64,000 bases of DNA from Octopus vulgaris (Eukaryota): the NCBI GenBank assembly GCA_951406725.2, contig OX597815.1, positions 82,026,001-82,090,000 of the forward strand, given 5' to 3'. The position numbers and the translations under genes were made by a program. The notes beneath the pieces are model-generated. The model saw only the letters and a list, made by a program, of their open reading frames with translations, made no database searches and was not told the DNA's origin. This document shows, piece after piece, positions 26,411 to 39,265 of this stretch. How positions within the stretch are numbered: the stretch's first letter is position 1; every line of letters starts with the position of its first letter.

Positions 26411-28959
26411 TCAGGTATTTCTCCCTATAATTCTGAAAATTAACTGAAAATTCCTCCAGTACATTTCTATAGGATCGAGCGTCAGGGTGCACCTCTCAGT
26501 TTTTCTGACCTAACACGCGCACCCTATTGCTTGGTGATATTGTTGTTGTAGGTTCCGCTGAGCGGCCGAGTCGGCAAATACTGTAAGAAAATTAGTGCGC
26601 TCGGAGCGAGCTCACGCCGGCTTAAATAAAAAAAACGTGGAAGGATTGAAACTATTGTTGCTGTTGCCGTCACTGTTGTCAAATGTGCTGCTTTTGTTTG
26701 TTTTGCTGTTGGCGCTCTCTTTTCACTTTGAACGCCGTAGCTGTTGGGTGTATTGTTTCTTTTGTGCTTCTGTTATCATTCTTGCTGTCGTCGCTCATTT
26801 TACTTTCGACGTCGTCGTCGATGTACTAGTCGTAGAATGGTGGTGTATTGGTGGTGGTGGTAATAGTTATAAGTGTAGTAATAGTAGCAGTGGTGGTGAC
26901 ATTTGTTGTGGTTATTGCAGCTGCTGCAACTGCTGTGGTCTTTATTATTTCATTCTCACTGCTGTTTTCTCAAGTCTTTTTATTTTCGTTATTCATCGAC
27001 GAAATATTGCTTTTTGCTGTTCTTTTCTTTCTCGCGTAACGGTAGACGTCCAGATGCTGTTTTCGAAGACGGACCACCACTGATTCAACTGTCATTTTTT
27101 CCAGGCGCACTTTTATACTGTGTTGTCATCAACTGTGCTGTATGGCTTACTACTTTCGCAAGTACGATATGTTTAAATTTGCTGAGGAAGTCCAATAAGA
27201 CCGAAAGGTGTTCGGAGTTATCTGGGACTTTTTTTTTTTTTTACCTCACCGCATAATTATTTCTAATTAGCTTTGTAATGCTTGACCCCTAAAGCATGTT
27301 CCTCCACATGCTGCACACGACAAAAATTCAATGTCCCAAGTAGTTCACTCATAACTAATGCGGGTATTCAGAAAAAATATTAAGTCTACAAGACATGGAG
27401 AATTTCACCCGCTCAACACAATAGGGTAGCGTCCACAAGCAAAGCAACTCCTGCAAAACCATTATTACACATGAAAAAGTGCTTTCTGAAATCAGCCTTC
27501 GAGCTTTCTCGCCTCACAAACTGGATTCGATCTCTTAGCAAAAAATTTTCTATCAACTTTATAGGGGCCTCTTTTTTATTTTTATTTTTTTTCTAGTTCT
27601 CAATAATGATGACTCTCATGAATAGTACACCCGTGGAGAAAGTCTACACCTTCGCTACTCGCTTTACACCTAACTGCACACTACACAGTATTGATGAATC
27701 CCTTAAACTCTTTCCCTTTACCATAGCAGGCTTCCCACCTCACGTACCCCCACCCGCAACTGCTAAATTAAATCCGCTAAATTTAGCAACTGCTAAATTA
27801 AATCAAGAAGGTTACTCAGCCCTGACAATGTCACAAACGTTTCACCCAAACATTACCCTTTAGATCTTAGCTCTATACACGCCAATTTCTTTAATATGTC
27901 ACTCGTTACAGAGAGTGAGATATCAAGGAAAGAGTAAGAATATCATTTCAGGTAGATGAGAAGCAACAGGGTTCCTCCACTGTCTTTAGTATTGTTCACA
28001 TTATTGTTAGTATGTGATTATTTCTTACGAGTAAAATACGGACGAAATGCTGCTAAGCAATTTGTCCGGCGTGCTAACGAATCTGCCATCTCGTCGTCTT
28101 TAATAGTATCAGTAATATGTATTTAATCACTTAAACAGGCGCAGGCATAGCCGTGTGGTTAACAACGTTTCGCATCTATGTCGTTTCGACTTTAGTTCCT
28201 CTCATTACCTTGGGCAAATATTTTTCCGCTATAACACCAATGCCTTGACAGTGAATTTGATAGACAGAAATTGTGTGAAAACCCCTTCGTGTGTGTAGTG
28301 TTCTTGAGCAAGACACTTTATTTCACATTGCTACAGTTCCCTCAGCTGTAGAAATGAGTTGTGATGTCACTGGGGCCAAGCTGTATCAGCCTTTGATTTA
28401 CCCTTGGGTAAAATCAGTGGAGAGGGGGAGGCTGGTATGCAGGGGCGACTGTTGGTCTTCTACAAACAACTTTGCCCAAGCTTGTGCTTCGGAGGGGAAC
28501 TTTCTAAGTGCAATCCCATGATCATTCATGACCAAAGGGGGTCTTTACCCTATACACTCACACACACACACACACATAAATATACATTTATGTATTTGTT
28601 TTGCATGATGCCTTTTGTGAAATCGTGTGTTGAAACAGATATTGTTATACTTCAGGACAGTCATTGTTTTTTTTTTTTTTTTGCTAAATAAACATAAGCA
28701 CTTCAGCTTTATCATTGTTCTTATTTTAGTGTCCCTTACCTGAAATCCTTCGTCAACCGTCCTGTGACCTCTTCTGCGACTCTCCATCCCATGTGTCTCC
28801 TCCTGTCCTGTTTAGTCCATTCTGTCTTTCTATGTGTGTATCATTATCCGCGCACGCGCTTGCGCCTATGTCTGTGCGCACGCGCGCGTGTGTCTACGTG
28901 TTTTGTATGTATGATTTGTGTGTGTGTATGGGTTTGCTTACTATACTATTTGTACCCGT

Positions 28960-29430
28960 GTCCTTTATTTAGTTTTATTTATTTATTTATTTTTCTATTT
29001 TTTCTCATTCCGTCTTTGGCTGTCATTTTGCTTAGTATGATGGTGGTGGGTGTTTTATTGTTACATACGAGTTTTCTGTTGATACTCCGTTTGTTTACTA
29101 CTATGTGTGAGGCCTCTGTAATCTGTCTAAGTGTCGTGTCTGTTCTTTGTGTTGATAATACCTTAACCTCTATGTTATTAGCCGAGCTTCCATGTTCTAA
29201 TTGAGCATATTGGTAGAGCACTGATGAGTTTTTGTCCTCTTTGAGCAAACGCCAGTGTTCACTTATGTGCTTCCTATGCTCTGTGCTGTCTCCCCAATGT
29301 ATGTCGCTGTCTCGTTTCTGCATGGCCCCTCAGTACATCGTATGCTATAAACTACATTCCTAATCTTACAGTTAACCTGTGGGTTCATTCTACTTACAGT
29401 ACAGTTGTTCTCCGTATATGAGTCACAGGA
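28960..29430 (-). pseudogene. PLE GIY-YIG endonuclease fragment of a different family
   Basis: Manual translation CKIRNVVYSIRCTEGPCRNETATYIGETAQSIG, then a frameshift into ISEHWR...SSVLYQYAQLEH...RQITEASHI...INRK. Confidence 0.75.
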
Positions 29431-29890
29431 TGTTTAACGAAATATAGGGAAACATTAAGTATGATCAAGAAAGTTCATGATTTGGCAAATCATTCCTGGG
29501 TCATGAAATTAAGATGTTTGATAGCTTACTTCAAATAATATTATAAATTATGCCAAACTGGATTACATATATATATGAGGGAGCAAATACAACGAGCCAA
29601 ATATTAAAGGTCACGCGTTAAAAAATAAAGGCATATTAGATAATGTAGTCTGAGGTGAGATGCTTTATCTCTTGGATAAAAGACAGAGCCCTTAACATTG
29701 AATTCGTTTGGCTTAGCTAGAGCTAAGCAAAAACAACAACAATGACGACAACGACAGCAGCATCAAGATAAACATTCACAACCAATCAATATCTATAAAA
29801 TTATTACATCCAAAAGACCTAAAACTTAGACCTATTATAGCTGGTCCAGCATGCCCTACACACCGTCTAAGCAATTTTATTGACATTGTT

Positions 29891-31366
29891 TTGAAACCAC
29901 TATGTACTTACATACCAAGTTTCATCAGGGATGACATCGACTTCCTGTCCCATCTTCCCAAAACAACAGAAACAAATTCAGTTTTGCTAAGTTTTGATGT
30001 GGTAAGCCTCTACACCAATATTCCACACGATTTAGGAATAAAGGCGATTAAATACTGGTTAGAAAAACATAGAGAAGTGATTCCCAGCAGATTCACAGTG
30101 CCATTTATATTAGACACAGTCAAACTTATTCTAGAAAATAACACATTCTTCTTCAATGGAAAGAATTACATCCAAATTAGAGGCACGGCGATGGGAACGA
30201 GGTTTGCTCCCGTTTACGCCAACTCTGTAATGGGATACTTAGAAGAACAACTCTACCAAGAGGTGGAGGTAAACTATGGCACTGGATTTAGAAAGTATAT
30301 TGAAAAGGCATGGAAGAGATACCTAGACGACTGTTTCATAATCTGGACAGAATCTCTAAATACTCTGGAAGAGTTCAATATCCTCCTGAACAACCTACAC
30401 CCATCTCTCAAATTTACAAAGGAGATGAGTAGTACCAAATTACCATTCCTGGATATAATGGTAATTAAAAAAGACACCACCATCACCACAGATATATACT
30501 ATAAACACACAGACACACATCAATACCTAAATTTTAAGTCGTGCCATCCACCACATACAAAACGTAACATCCCATACTGCCTAGCCAGAAGAATTTGTAC
30601 TATTGTAGAAGATGCAAATATCAGGAACAAACGCCTAATAGAACTAAGAGAATTTTTGCTCAAACAAAAATACCCATCTCTACTTATAGAAAATGGCATA
30701 CAGCGGGCTATAAAAATACCTATACAACAACTTAGGACAACCCAAGGAAGAGGAAAACAAGAACAAGTCATACCATTCATAGTGACACACAACCCATGTC
30801 ACCAGAATATCTTCAACATTGCCAAAGCAAACCTTCCAATCATTGCCCAAAGTAATGAATTAAAAGACATAATCAAGGATCGAGCTATGGTGCTTAGTAA
30901 AAGACAGCCTAAAAACTTGAAAACATTACTAACAAAGGCAAAATTTGACCTCAGCAACAAAGACCAAACATTCACGGTATCTAAATGCAATGATAGCCGA
31001 TGTGGCACATGCCAATTCATACATACCGGTCAATATATAAACACAAAAACCGGGAAAATATTCACAAACGCGAATATGAACTGCAAAAGCAGAAATTTAA
31101 TTTACTGCATCAAATGCCCAAATTGTGAAGAAATATATGTAGGTCAGACGGGAAACGCACTATTAGAACGCTCACGTGTACACCGGCAACAGATTAGAGA
31201 CCCAGAGGTCCGTCAGATACCTTTGAGTAACCACCTAGCAACATGTGGTCGGAAAATATATATAATATTTCCATTCTATAAATTACACAGCCCAAGTGAA
31301 ATCGAGAGGAAAATCAGAGAAAAGAATTTTATTGATAAATTCGAACCCAAGCTAAATAAGCAATAA
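29891..31366 (+). CDS. PLE reverse transcriptase-GIY-YIG endonuclease (N-terminally truncated; frame stays open upstream past ~29780)
   Basis: Upstream DLKLRPIIAGPACPTHRLS; FDVVSLYTNI, GTAMGT, YLDD, LPFLD and DIYYK; CNDSRCGTC linker; LIYCIKCPNC..YVGQT..ER and PKLN. Confidence 0.85.
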   Translation: MKPLCTYIPSFIRDDIDFLSHLPKTTETNSVLLSFDVVSLYTNIPHDLGIKAIKYWLEKHREVIPSRFTVPFILDTVKLILENNTFFFNGKNYIQIRGTAMGTRFAPVYANSVMGYLEEQLYQEVEVNYGTGFRKYIEKAWKRYLDDCFIIWTESLNTLEEFNILLNNLHPSLKFTKEMSSTKLPFLDIMVIKKDTTITTDIYYKHTDTHQYLNFKSCHPPHTKRNIPYCLARRICTIVEDANIRNKRLIELREFLLKQKYPSLLIENGIQRAIKIPIQQLRTTQGRGKQEQVIPFIVTHNPCHQNIFNIAKANLPIIAQSNELKDIIKDRAMVLSKRQPKNLKTLLTKAKFDLSNKDQTFTVSKCNDSRCGTCQFIHTGQYINTKTGKIFTNANMNCKSRNLIYCIKCPNCEEIYVGQTGNALLERSRVHRQQIRDPEVRQIPLSNHLATCGRKIYIIFPFYKLHSPSEIERKIREKNFIDKFEPKLNKQ

Positions 31367-31682
31367 TAATAATACTTAGAGGTATTACTTCCACTGCTAC
31401 GACCATGACCACTAACAACAACAACAATACTAAAGGTGATCAAGACGAAGATAGCAGGAAAATTATCTTATTTAGGGTTAAAAGTTCTATTGCCACCACC
31501 ATCACCACTAGCAACAATAATTAAGGTGCTGACAATGATGATGATGACAATTGAAATATAAAAATATAAAAATCTCTGACAAAGGATATTTACAACATTT
31601 CTAAAAATAACCCAACAATTGCTGCTTCGGCCAGGGTCAAGATACAGGACTCTTGACCTGTCCAACAAAGCGTGATGCCTAA

Positions 31683-31800
31683 ACCAATCAGCTCAACCAA
31701 CCAATCAGCTTAAGTAATTGAGTGATACTACACACTGATTGGTCAGAATACAGTTTGCAAAACCTAGCACTCTGGAGCCTACCCAGCTGTATTTATAGCA
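31683..31800 (+). promoter_or_regulatory. Putative pLTR Pol II promoter
   Basis: CCAATCAG twice, one inverted CTGATTGG, and TATTTATA at ~31790, upstream of the HHR. Confidence 0.45.
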
Positions 31801-31860
31801 CAGAATCACTCATCTTGCTACAGTCAAAAATTGTGAAGCATGACTGTCAACACTACTACA

Positions 31861-31905
31861 TGAACCCGAAGATTGCAGAATTCAATGCATGAAAGTACTA
31901 GTTCA
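31861..31905 (+). ncRNA. Type-I hammerhead ribozyme in the PLE pLTR
   Basis: tgaac-CCGAAGA-t-tgca(gaattcaa)tgca-t-GAAA-gtac-TA-gttca; U4C change; palindrome AGTACT. Confidence 0.7.
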
Positions 31906-32067
31906 ATCAGAATGAATATTTAACATTCTACTATTTCATTTTATTTTACTCAATTATAATATATTATCTTATAATATATCATTATAAGATTGTAAATAAA
32001 ACGTGAAAATCAGACAAGGTTGGAATTCTTTTTATTAATATATTCTTCTATACACAATCACACACAC

Positions 32068-32118
<51 letters not shown>

Positions 32119-33149
32119 GTGTGCATTATGCGATCGGTTGGGCTGAAGACATGCACACCTATGTTAAAAGTGCTGGCGGGTTTGCATGGCAACTATTTTT
32201 CTTCCTCAAATGACCTCTAGGACAAAATTCCTTATCTTATAAAATGTGGCCCGAGTAGACCCGAATGAAATTGGGGATATATTAACCAAAATGTGAAAAG
32301 GGGTCTAAATGGGGCTGGAAGGGGATTAAAATTTACAGGAGAGGGTGTTTAGGAATTCTCTGTTACAGCAAGCTAAAAAATTTATGCCACCCTTTAAATC
32401 GTCAATGTGTTGCCGTCCATGATGAAGTTTTGAATTCTTGCCATGGTAAGTCTACTGTCGTGAGAAATAATCACTTCAAAACTTAGTGTTTAAGAATTTT
32501 CTTTTACATCAAGTTCAAAATTTTACGCCAGCCGTTAAACTGCCACTACGTTGCTGTCCGTCGTTAAGAAATACCAGCCATGGTGATGCTACTATCCTCA
32601 GATTCTATTCCTTCAAACTTTGGTTTCCAATATTTTAAAATTTTTTATTCAGCTTGCAAGTTCGTCTGTCCCTTTTAAATGTTAGTGTTTTGCTGTCTGC
32701 CTTGAAGCAGACCTTTCCGTTGTAACTGCCTGATATTTATGATTGATCTTTCAAAATATATTCTTTCTCAATTTACTCAAGATCTTTTGTTGTTTATAAA
32801 TGGGAGAGAGATACATAGAGAAAGATAGACAGTAAGAGAAAGCGAGGAAGAGTCCGAGAGAAAGGAAAAGTAAGAGAGTGGGAAAGTGAGAGAGAAACAA
32901 AGAGGGAGAATGTGGTGATAAACAATAGAAAGGAAGCAACAGAAAGTAACAACCATACTCTTACCCGCGCGTAGAGCGGGTCGCCATAAGCTAGTCTGTT
33001 TATAAAATGAATGTCTTGAATCTTTGCTGAGGAAGAATATTATTCCAGTTAGACGACAACTTTCCTTCGCCATCTTCAGTATTGTTCATATTAACAATCT
33101 GACAACGGAGAGAATCCTCTATATAGTTACTTGAGCCGCTACAAATATT

Positions 33150-33880
33150 CCTTTTTACTCTAAGCAAAAGGCCCGAAATTTTGGAGGAGGGGGCCCAGTC
33201 GATTAGATCCACCTCAGTACGCAACTGGTACTTAATTTATCGATCCTGAAAGTATGAAAGGCAAAGTCTACCTCGGCGGAATTTGAATTAAGAACGTAAA
33301 GACAGACAAAATACCCGTAAGCATTTCGCCCGGCCTTTTAACATTTCTGCCAGCTCACCGCCTTTTGGGCTGCTACAAATATTCATTTCTACACTAGGCA
33401 CAAGGCTCGAAATTTTGGGGGAGGGAGCCAGTTTATTAGATCGACTCCAGTACGCAAATTGTACTTAATTTATCGACTCCGAAAGGATGAAAGGCAAAGT
33501 CGACCTCGGTGGAATTTGAACTCAGAACGTAAAGACAGACGAAATACCTATTTTTTTACCACCCACAAGGGGCTAAACACAGAAGGGACAAACAAGGACA
33601 GACAAATAGATTAAGTCGATTATATCGACCCCAGTGCATAACTGGTACTTGATTTATCGACCCCGAAAGGGATGAAAGGCAAAGTCGACCTCGGCTGAAT
33701 TTGAACTCAGAACATAACGGCAGACGAAATACCGCTGAGCATTTCGACCAGCATGCTAACGTTTCTGCCAGCTCACCGACTTTAGTTATCTTTTCTACTC
33801 TAAGCACAAGGTTTGAAATTTTGGAGGAGGGGGCATCCGATTAGATCGACCCCAATACGATTCTACTAGCTCGCCGCCTT
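33150..33880 (-). mobile_element. Tandem family-A SINE array
   Basis: Three to four head-to-tail units. Confidence 0.85.
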
Positions 33881-34108
33881 TTGAGCCGCTACAAATATTG
33901 ACCCAAAACTGGGGCTAAACAATAACAACATGGCGACTATGATGATGATGGATCGTCATCATCCTCATCCTCCTCCTCATCATCATCAACTGTAAACGAG
34001 TAAATCAATTAAAAAACAGCAATATATTTAGAAAAGATTGACCTGAATAACTCGAAACAATTTTAAATACGAGCAGAAATGCTTGCAGCATTAATAGCAA
34101 TTTGACTA

Positions 34109-34800
34109 AGGCGACGAGCTTATAGAATTGTGAAGTAGGCAGAACAAAGATATTTAGCGGCATTTCGTCCATCTTTATAGTCTAAATTCCGCCGAGGTTG
34201 ACTTTGCCTTTCGTCCATTCAAGGGTCGATGAAATAAGTACCAGTCAAGTACTAGGGTCGGCGTAATCTACTTCCCCGTTCCATCAAAATCTGTAAGCCC
34301 TATGCTAAAAGTTGAAACCATTATTTGTAATGAAACTAAGACAGAAAGCTGGCAGAATCGTTAACGCGCTGGACAAAATGCTTAGCAGTATTTCGTCCGT
34401 CTTTACGCTCTGAGTTCAAATTCTGCCAAAGTTGACTTCGTCTTTCATCCTTTCAGGGTCGGTGAATTAAGTACCAGCGAAACACGGGTCGGTGTAATCG
34501 ACTGGTTCCCCTCCACCCACCCACTCAAAATTTCAGGCCTTGTGCCTTTAGTTGAAAGGGTAATAATTAATAGTTAGAATAAGGCGGCGAGCTAGCTGAA
34601 TCGTTAGCATGCTTGACGAAATGCTTTGCGAGTTTCGCCCGTATATACGTTCCGAGTTCAAATTCCACCGAGGTCGACTTTGCCTTTTATCCTTCCGGGG
34701 TCAATGAAATAAGTACCAGTTACGTACTGGAGTCGATGTAATCGACTTAACCCTTTACCTCCAAATTTCAGTCCTTGTGCCTAGAGTAGAAAGGATTATT
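34109..34800 (+). mobile_element. Tandem family-A SINE array
   Basis: Three units, opposite orientation to the 33150 array. Confidence 0.85.
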
Positions 34801-34859
34801 GGTAACTAGAATAATTATTCTTTGGGTATTCATATTTGTGTGGTATAACTGAGGACTAT

Positions 34860-35235
34860 ACTCTTTTACTTGTTTCAGTCATTTGACTGCGGCCATGCTG
34901 GAGCACCGCCTTTAGTCGAGTAAATCGACCCCGGGACTTATTCTTTGTAAGCCCAGTACTTATTATATCGGTCTCTTTTGCCAAACCGCTAAGTGATGGG
35001 GAGGTAAACACACCAGCATCGGTTGTCAAGCAATGCTAGGGGGACAAACACAGATACACAAACACACACACACATACATATATATACATATATACGACGG
35101 GCTTCTTTCAGTTTCCGTCTACCAAATCCACTCACAAGGCATTGGTCGGCCCGGGGCTATAGCAGAAGACACTTGCCCAAGATGCCACGCAGTGGGACTG
35201 AACCCGGAACCATTGTGGTTGGTTAGCAAGCTACT
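34860..35235 (-). mobile_element. Family-B composite SINE
   Basis: Consensus match. Confidence 0.85.
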
Positions 35236-35561
35236 AATTAGACAAAGAAAATTCTACAATATTAGATGAACTTTGTTTGCGATCCAATATGATAAACTTC
35301 TATGAGGCCGGATATGTCTGGCCGTTTGAAACGGTATCATAGATGTCTGAGATTTGTCGTTCTAGAAGGAGCTATTAAGAGGCCGATGACTCGGTTCTAG
35401 GTTATCGACACGAAGCAACAGGGTATTGAGATAGATATGAGAATAACAGATAAATAAGTACATCTGACCAACAGATGAGATGTAGGTAATAGCCTGAGTG
35501 ACACAAATATTCACTAACACGCATAAACACAGAAATATGTGCTTGTGTGTAATGTGTGCGC

Positions 35562-35606
<45 letters not shown>

Positions 35607-35664
35607 CACTCACATATGAATATACATATATACATATTATGCATGCATATATTTATCTGTCTGT

Positions 35665-35702
35665 GAATTAATCAATCAATCAATCAATCAATCAATCAGA
35701 CA

Positions 35703-35777
<75 letters not shown>

Positions 35778-35870
35778 CATCCATCTATCTATCCATCTAT
35801 CTATCCATCTATCTATCCATCTATCTATCTATCTATCCATCTATATATCCATCTATATATCTATCTATCT
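35665..35870. repeat. (AATC)n / (TATC)n / (CATC)n tetranucleotide repeats
   Basis: Read directly. Confidence 0.95.
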
Positions 35871-36026
35871 GTCTTCTGTCTGCGGCTGTCTGTTTCCCCC
35901 TTTCTCCCTCCTTCCTTCTCTCTATGTATACACACACACACACACAAATGCAAATATACAATGTCATTGGCCTAGTTACCAGCTTTTAACAAGTCCTAAG
36001 ATTTTGTGTGTGTGTGTGTTTGTGTG

Positions 36027-36084
<58 letters not shown>

Positions 36085-36997
36085 CATACATTCATACATA
36101 TAAATACACGCGCGCACACACATACGCACACACTTATGCCATATATGTATGTACAAGAGGTGGTAAAGTGTGGTGAAAAGAGCAATGACACTGCTTCAAC
36201 TCATTAAGGATATAAATGGATATGTATAAGATAAACATAAAACTGATTAAGCGGCTATTAGGTGATATAAAAGTGACGGGATGACACACGCAAACACACA
36301 CACACGCAGGCACACGCACACTCACACACACTCACACATACACACACATACAAATATATATCGATACAAACAAATGCAAATATATGATTGTATTATTGTA
36401 TTTATGCATATCTGTCTGTCTGTTTATCTATCTATTATGCGTATTTTATACGTGTGTATGTGTATATATATATATGTATGTGTGTGTATGTGTGTGTGTA
36501 TGTATATATTTATGTGTGTGTGTGTATGTATATGTATATATATATGTGTGTGTGTGTATATATATATGTGTGTGTGTATATATATATGTGTGTGTGTGTG
36601 TGCGTTTATAATATGCACTGTCGTTACTGTCCTGTTGTTACTATTTTTTATCCCTCTGCGAAAAGATCTCAGAATTTTAATTGATTTGCTCTTCGCAGGA
36701 AGGAAAGTTTTCTTGTCGAAGATACGTCTCGCTTTTATCCTTCGAAACGTAGAGTAGATGAAAGCTTTAGCGACTGAAGAAGGGTTTTTTTCTTTGTGTT
36801 AATTGTCCTGTATTCTATTTTTTTGCTGTTTTTAAATAAATGTCCAGTTCCTTTGGTTTGTGTCTATGTTTTCATTTCTCATTGTGTTCGACGTCCTTTT
36901 TGGTGTCCTGTACTCATATATGCGTGTATATGTACATGTAGAGGTAGGTACGTACATATATGTTTATATATATGCATATGTTTTATTTTATTTATTA

Positions 36998-37034
<37 letters not shown>

Positions 37035-37037
<3 letters not shown>

Positions 37038-38660
37038 GTACTGTTTAAATTTACTACTCCAAGACCTTCGTGAAAATAATATCATCACAGCAGAAGAACC
37101 ATCTGGAAAGAAAGGAGTTTGGGTATGTGCCGAGCAATTGTTGATCAAAGGAACTGTAATGTCAGAAGTATAGCATCATACAAGGGATCGGATTTCAATG
37201 TGGTTGGGCAATATGAAAACTTTTGGTTCCGACATCCATTCGAGAATGCTTGAAGGCCTTTCCACTCCCTAAAGTTCCACAGAGAATAGTCAAAGTTTCT
37301 GCTGGCCTGACTTCGTTCTGGGCTCTTATCTTGAAGTTAATTATAAAGAATAATTGTATTATCACCGATGAAATACTATATTTCAGAGGCATATTCCACG
37401 GGGACAGCCTCTCTGGGATGCTGTTCATAGTTTCAGTAAACCTCTTGTTATGCTGAGGAAGTTTGAAGAGTATTCCATTGTTTCAAGTGGTGACAGAAGT
37501 ACACTGTTTCTTTGTAGAGGACTTGAAGCTCTATGTGAGAAATATGCATTACATGAAAAAGTGACTTGATTTGTAAGATTTACAACATTCTCAAATGATA
37601 TAGGGATAGAGTTTGGTCAATAATAATGTTCCTATATGGATGTGAAACGAGGGGAAACTATGCACCAGAGTAATAGCATCTTCATTAATGAATTGACTGT
37701 TTGTCCGATATCTGACGGATAAAGAATGATGTTGGTAACTAAGGATAAATGAAAGCGTACCCTACGTTGGTTTGTACCTGTAATAATGAACGTGTCACAA
37801 AAGAATATAAAAGCTTGATAAATAAAATATGAACCTCATAACTGTCTGCCTCCGATAAAATAGTGACTCACAATGTTTCTGCAGTGCCAGTACTCATACA
37901 AACATTTGGGCTACTTGATTTGACACTTGTTGAGATCCGAATTATTGATGTGAAAATCCGAAAGATACCGACCAGCAGAAAAAAAATTCCACAACAGTGA
38001 CGTAGACCACCTCTACCTAAAACTAAGAAGCAGAAGCTTAACATCAATTGAGACAGCTTTTAAATGTCACATCATATTTCGCCGGCAACATCTTTTAACG
38101 ACCAAATGTAGAAGCGATTCTATCGACAAAAAATATACTAAGCAAATACCATCTTGAGATTTGGAAAATAGCTCATCGAGAAATATTCCTTGTTTGATAA
38201 TCTCGAATACATGCCCAAAGAAGTTGCATGACCTTACCACAACTTATCGGATGAAAGGATGAATGCAAAACAGCAGACTGCCATGCATAAACATGTCAGC
38301 CGAAAGCTCCTCCTGGATAACAGCAACATTGATACCAGAGACCAACAAGAGGATTACTAAATCTCTCTTTGAAGGATATGCGTTTGCAGTCGAGTAGTAG
38401 GAAATATGAACCAACTTTTTGATTCACAAAAGGGAGAGAGACATAAGAAAAAAACACTGAAATGTGATAACCAATGCAGACATTGTGAAATTAACACCGA
38501 ATGTAACACTCACATTATAAGCATTTGTCCGAAAACATCTCATTATTATCTATAAAGAAGACATGAGGTTGTGACCAAGGCACTGTACAATGAAACTTGT
38601 CGGAAGGATAATCCTGAAGTCAAAGACAGAAGAACCCGTAGTGCGGTAAAGGCTATATGC
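37035..38660 (+). mobile_element. Decayed restriction-like-endonuclease LINE, R4/Dong-like
   Basis: GKKGVWVCAEQLLI, RGIFHGDSLSGMLF, C-terminal CRHC..TH IISICP knuckle and RHEVV. The 5' end abuts (TA)n. Confidence 0.7.
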
Positions 38661-39265
38661 GTGTCCTTTTGAAAACCTCAATAAACGATATTAAAATATT
38701 GTTTTTTACTACTAAAAGATGTGTTAGATTCTATTAATCAAGAAATCATTCTAAATAGATTAAACTTCTTAGAACGCTGTCTGTGATTCATTCTAGTTTC
38801 AGGAATTACTCTGAAGGAATGGCTCAGAATTTGAGTTTTGTAACGTACCAAGATTTCCCTTTACAGAGCAGATGAATAATGCCACTTTAACAATTGCGAA
38901 ACAGAAAAAATGATATCATGTTCAGATGTCGGTGACCTGACTGGGTATTAATTGTCAATTATTGCTTTGGCATATCTGAAGGTATTGCAGGCACGGTTAA
39001 TTCCTAGTTTGTGGATAATAATTTTACTATTGATAATTTTCTGGGTGTTACTTTGAATTTAGAGACAAATTTATCAATAATTAAAAAATTAATCCATATA
39101 AATAAGCTTTCGAACCAACTAACTAACAAACCAACCCATCAAGTAATCAATCAACCAACCAACCACCCTTACTTTAAAAATACACCGCACGATGCATAAC
39201 AGTGACTTCCCAGAAAACCTATCTTTATCACACACCATACATTTCTTTAAAAAAAAACTACGATA

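Larger units (their letters stand above)
29780..32070 (+). mobile_element. Penelope-like retroelement, Naiad-like, 5'-truncated, with 3' pLTR
   Basis: RT plus GIY-YIG ORF; 3' region with CCAAT boxes, TATA-like box and HHR; ends at (TA)n. Confidence 0.9.

Noticed and set aside
27177-27216. CTGAGGA-gtc/gac-GAAA HHR-like motif
   Set aside because: Helix III unpaired and helix I mostly GU; too weak.
31370-32070. SECIS element or selenocysteine recoding in the Naiad-like PLE
   Set aside because: No in-frame TGA in the ORF and no convincing AUGA/GA stem with an AA loop seen by eye.
35300-35342. Three-way junction ending GAAACGGTA
   Set aside because: Lacks the CUGANGA segment entirely.
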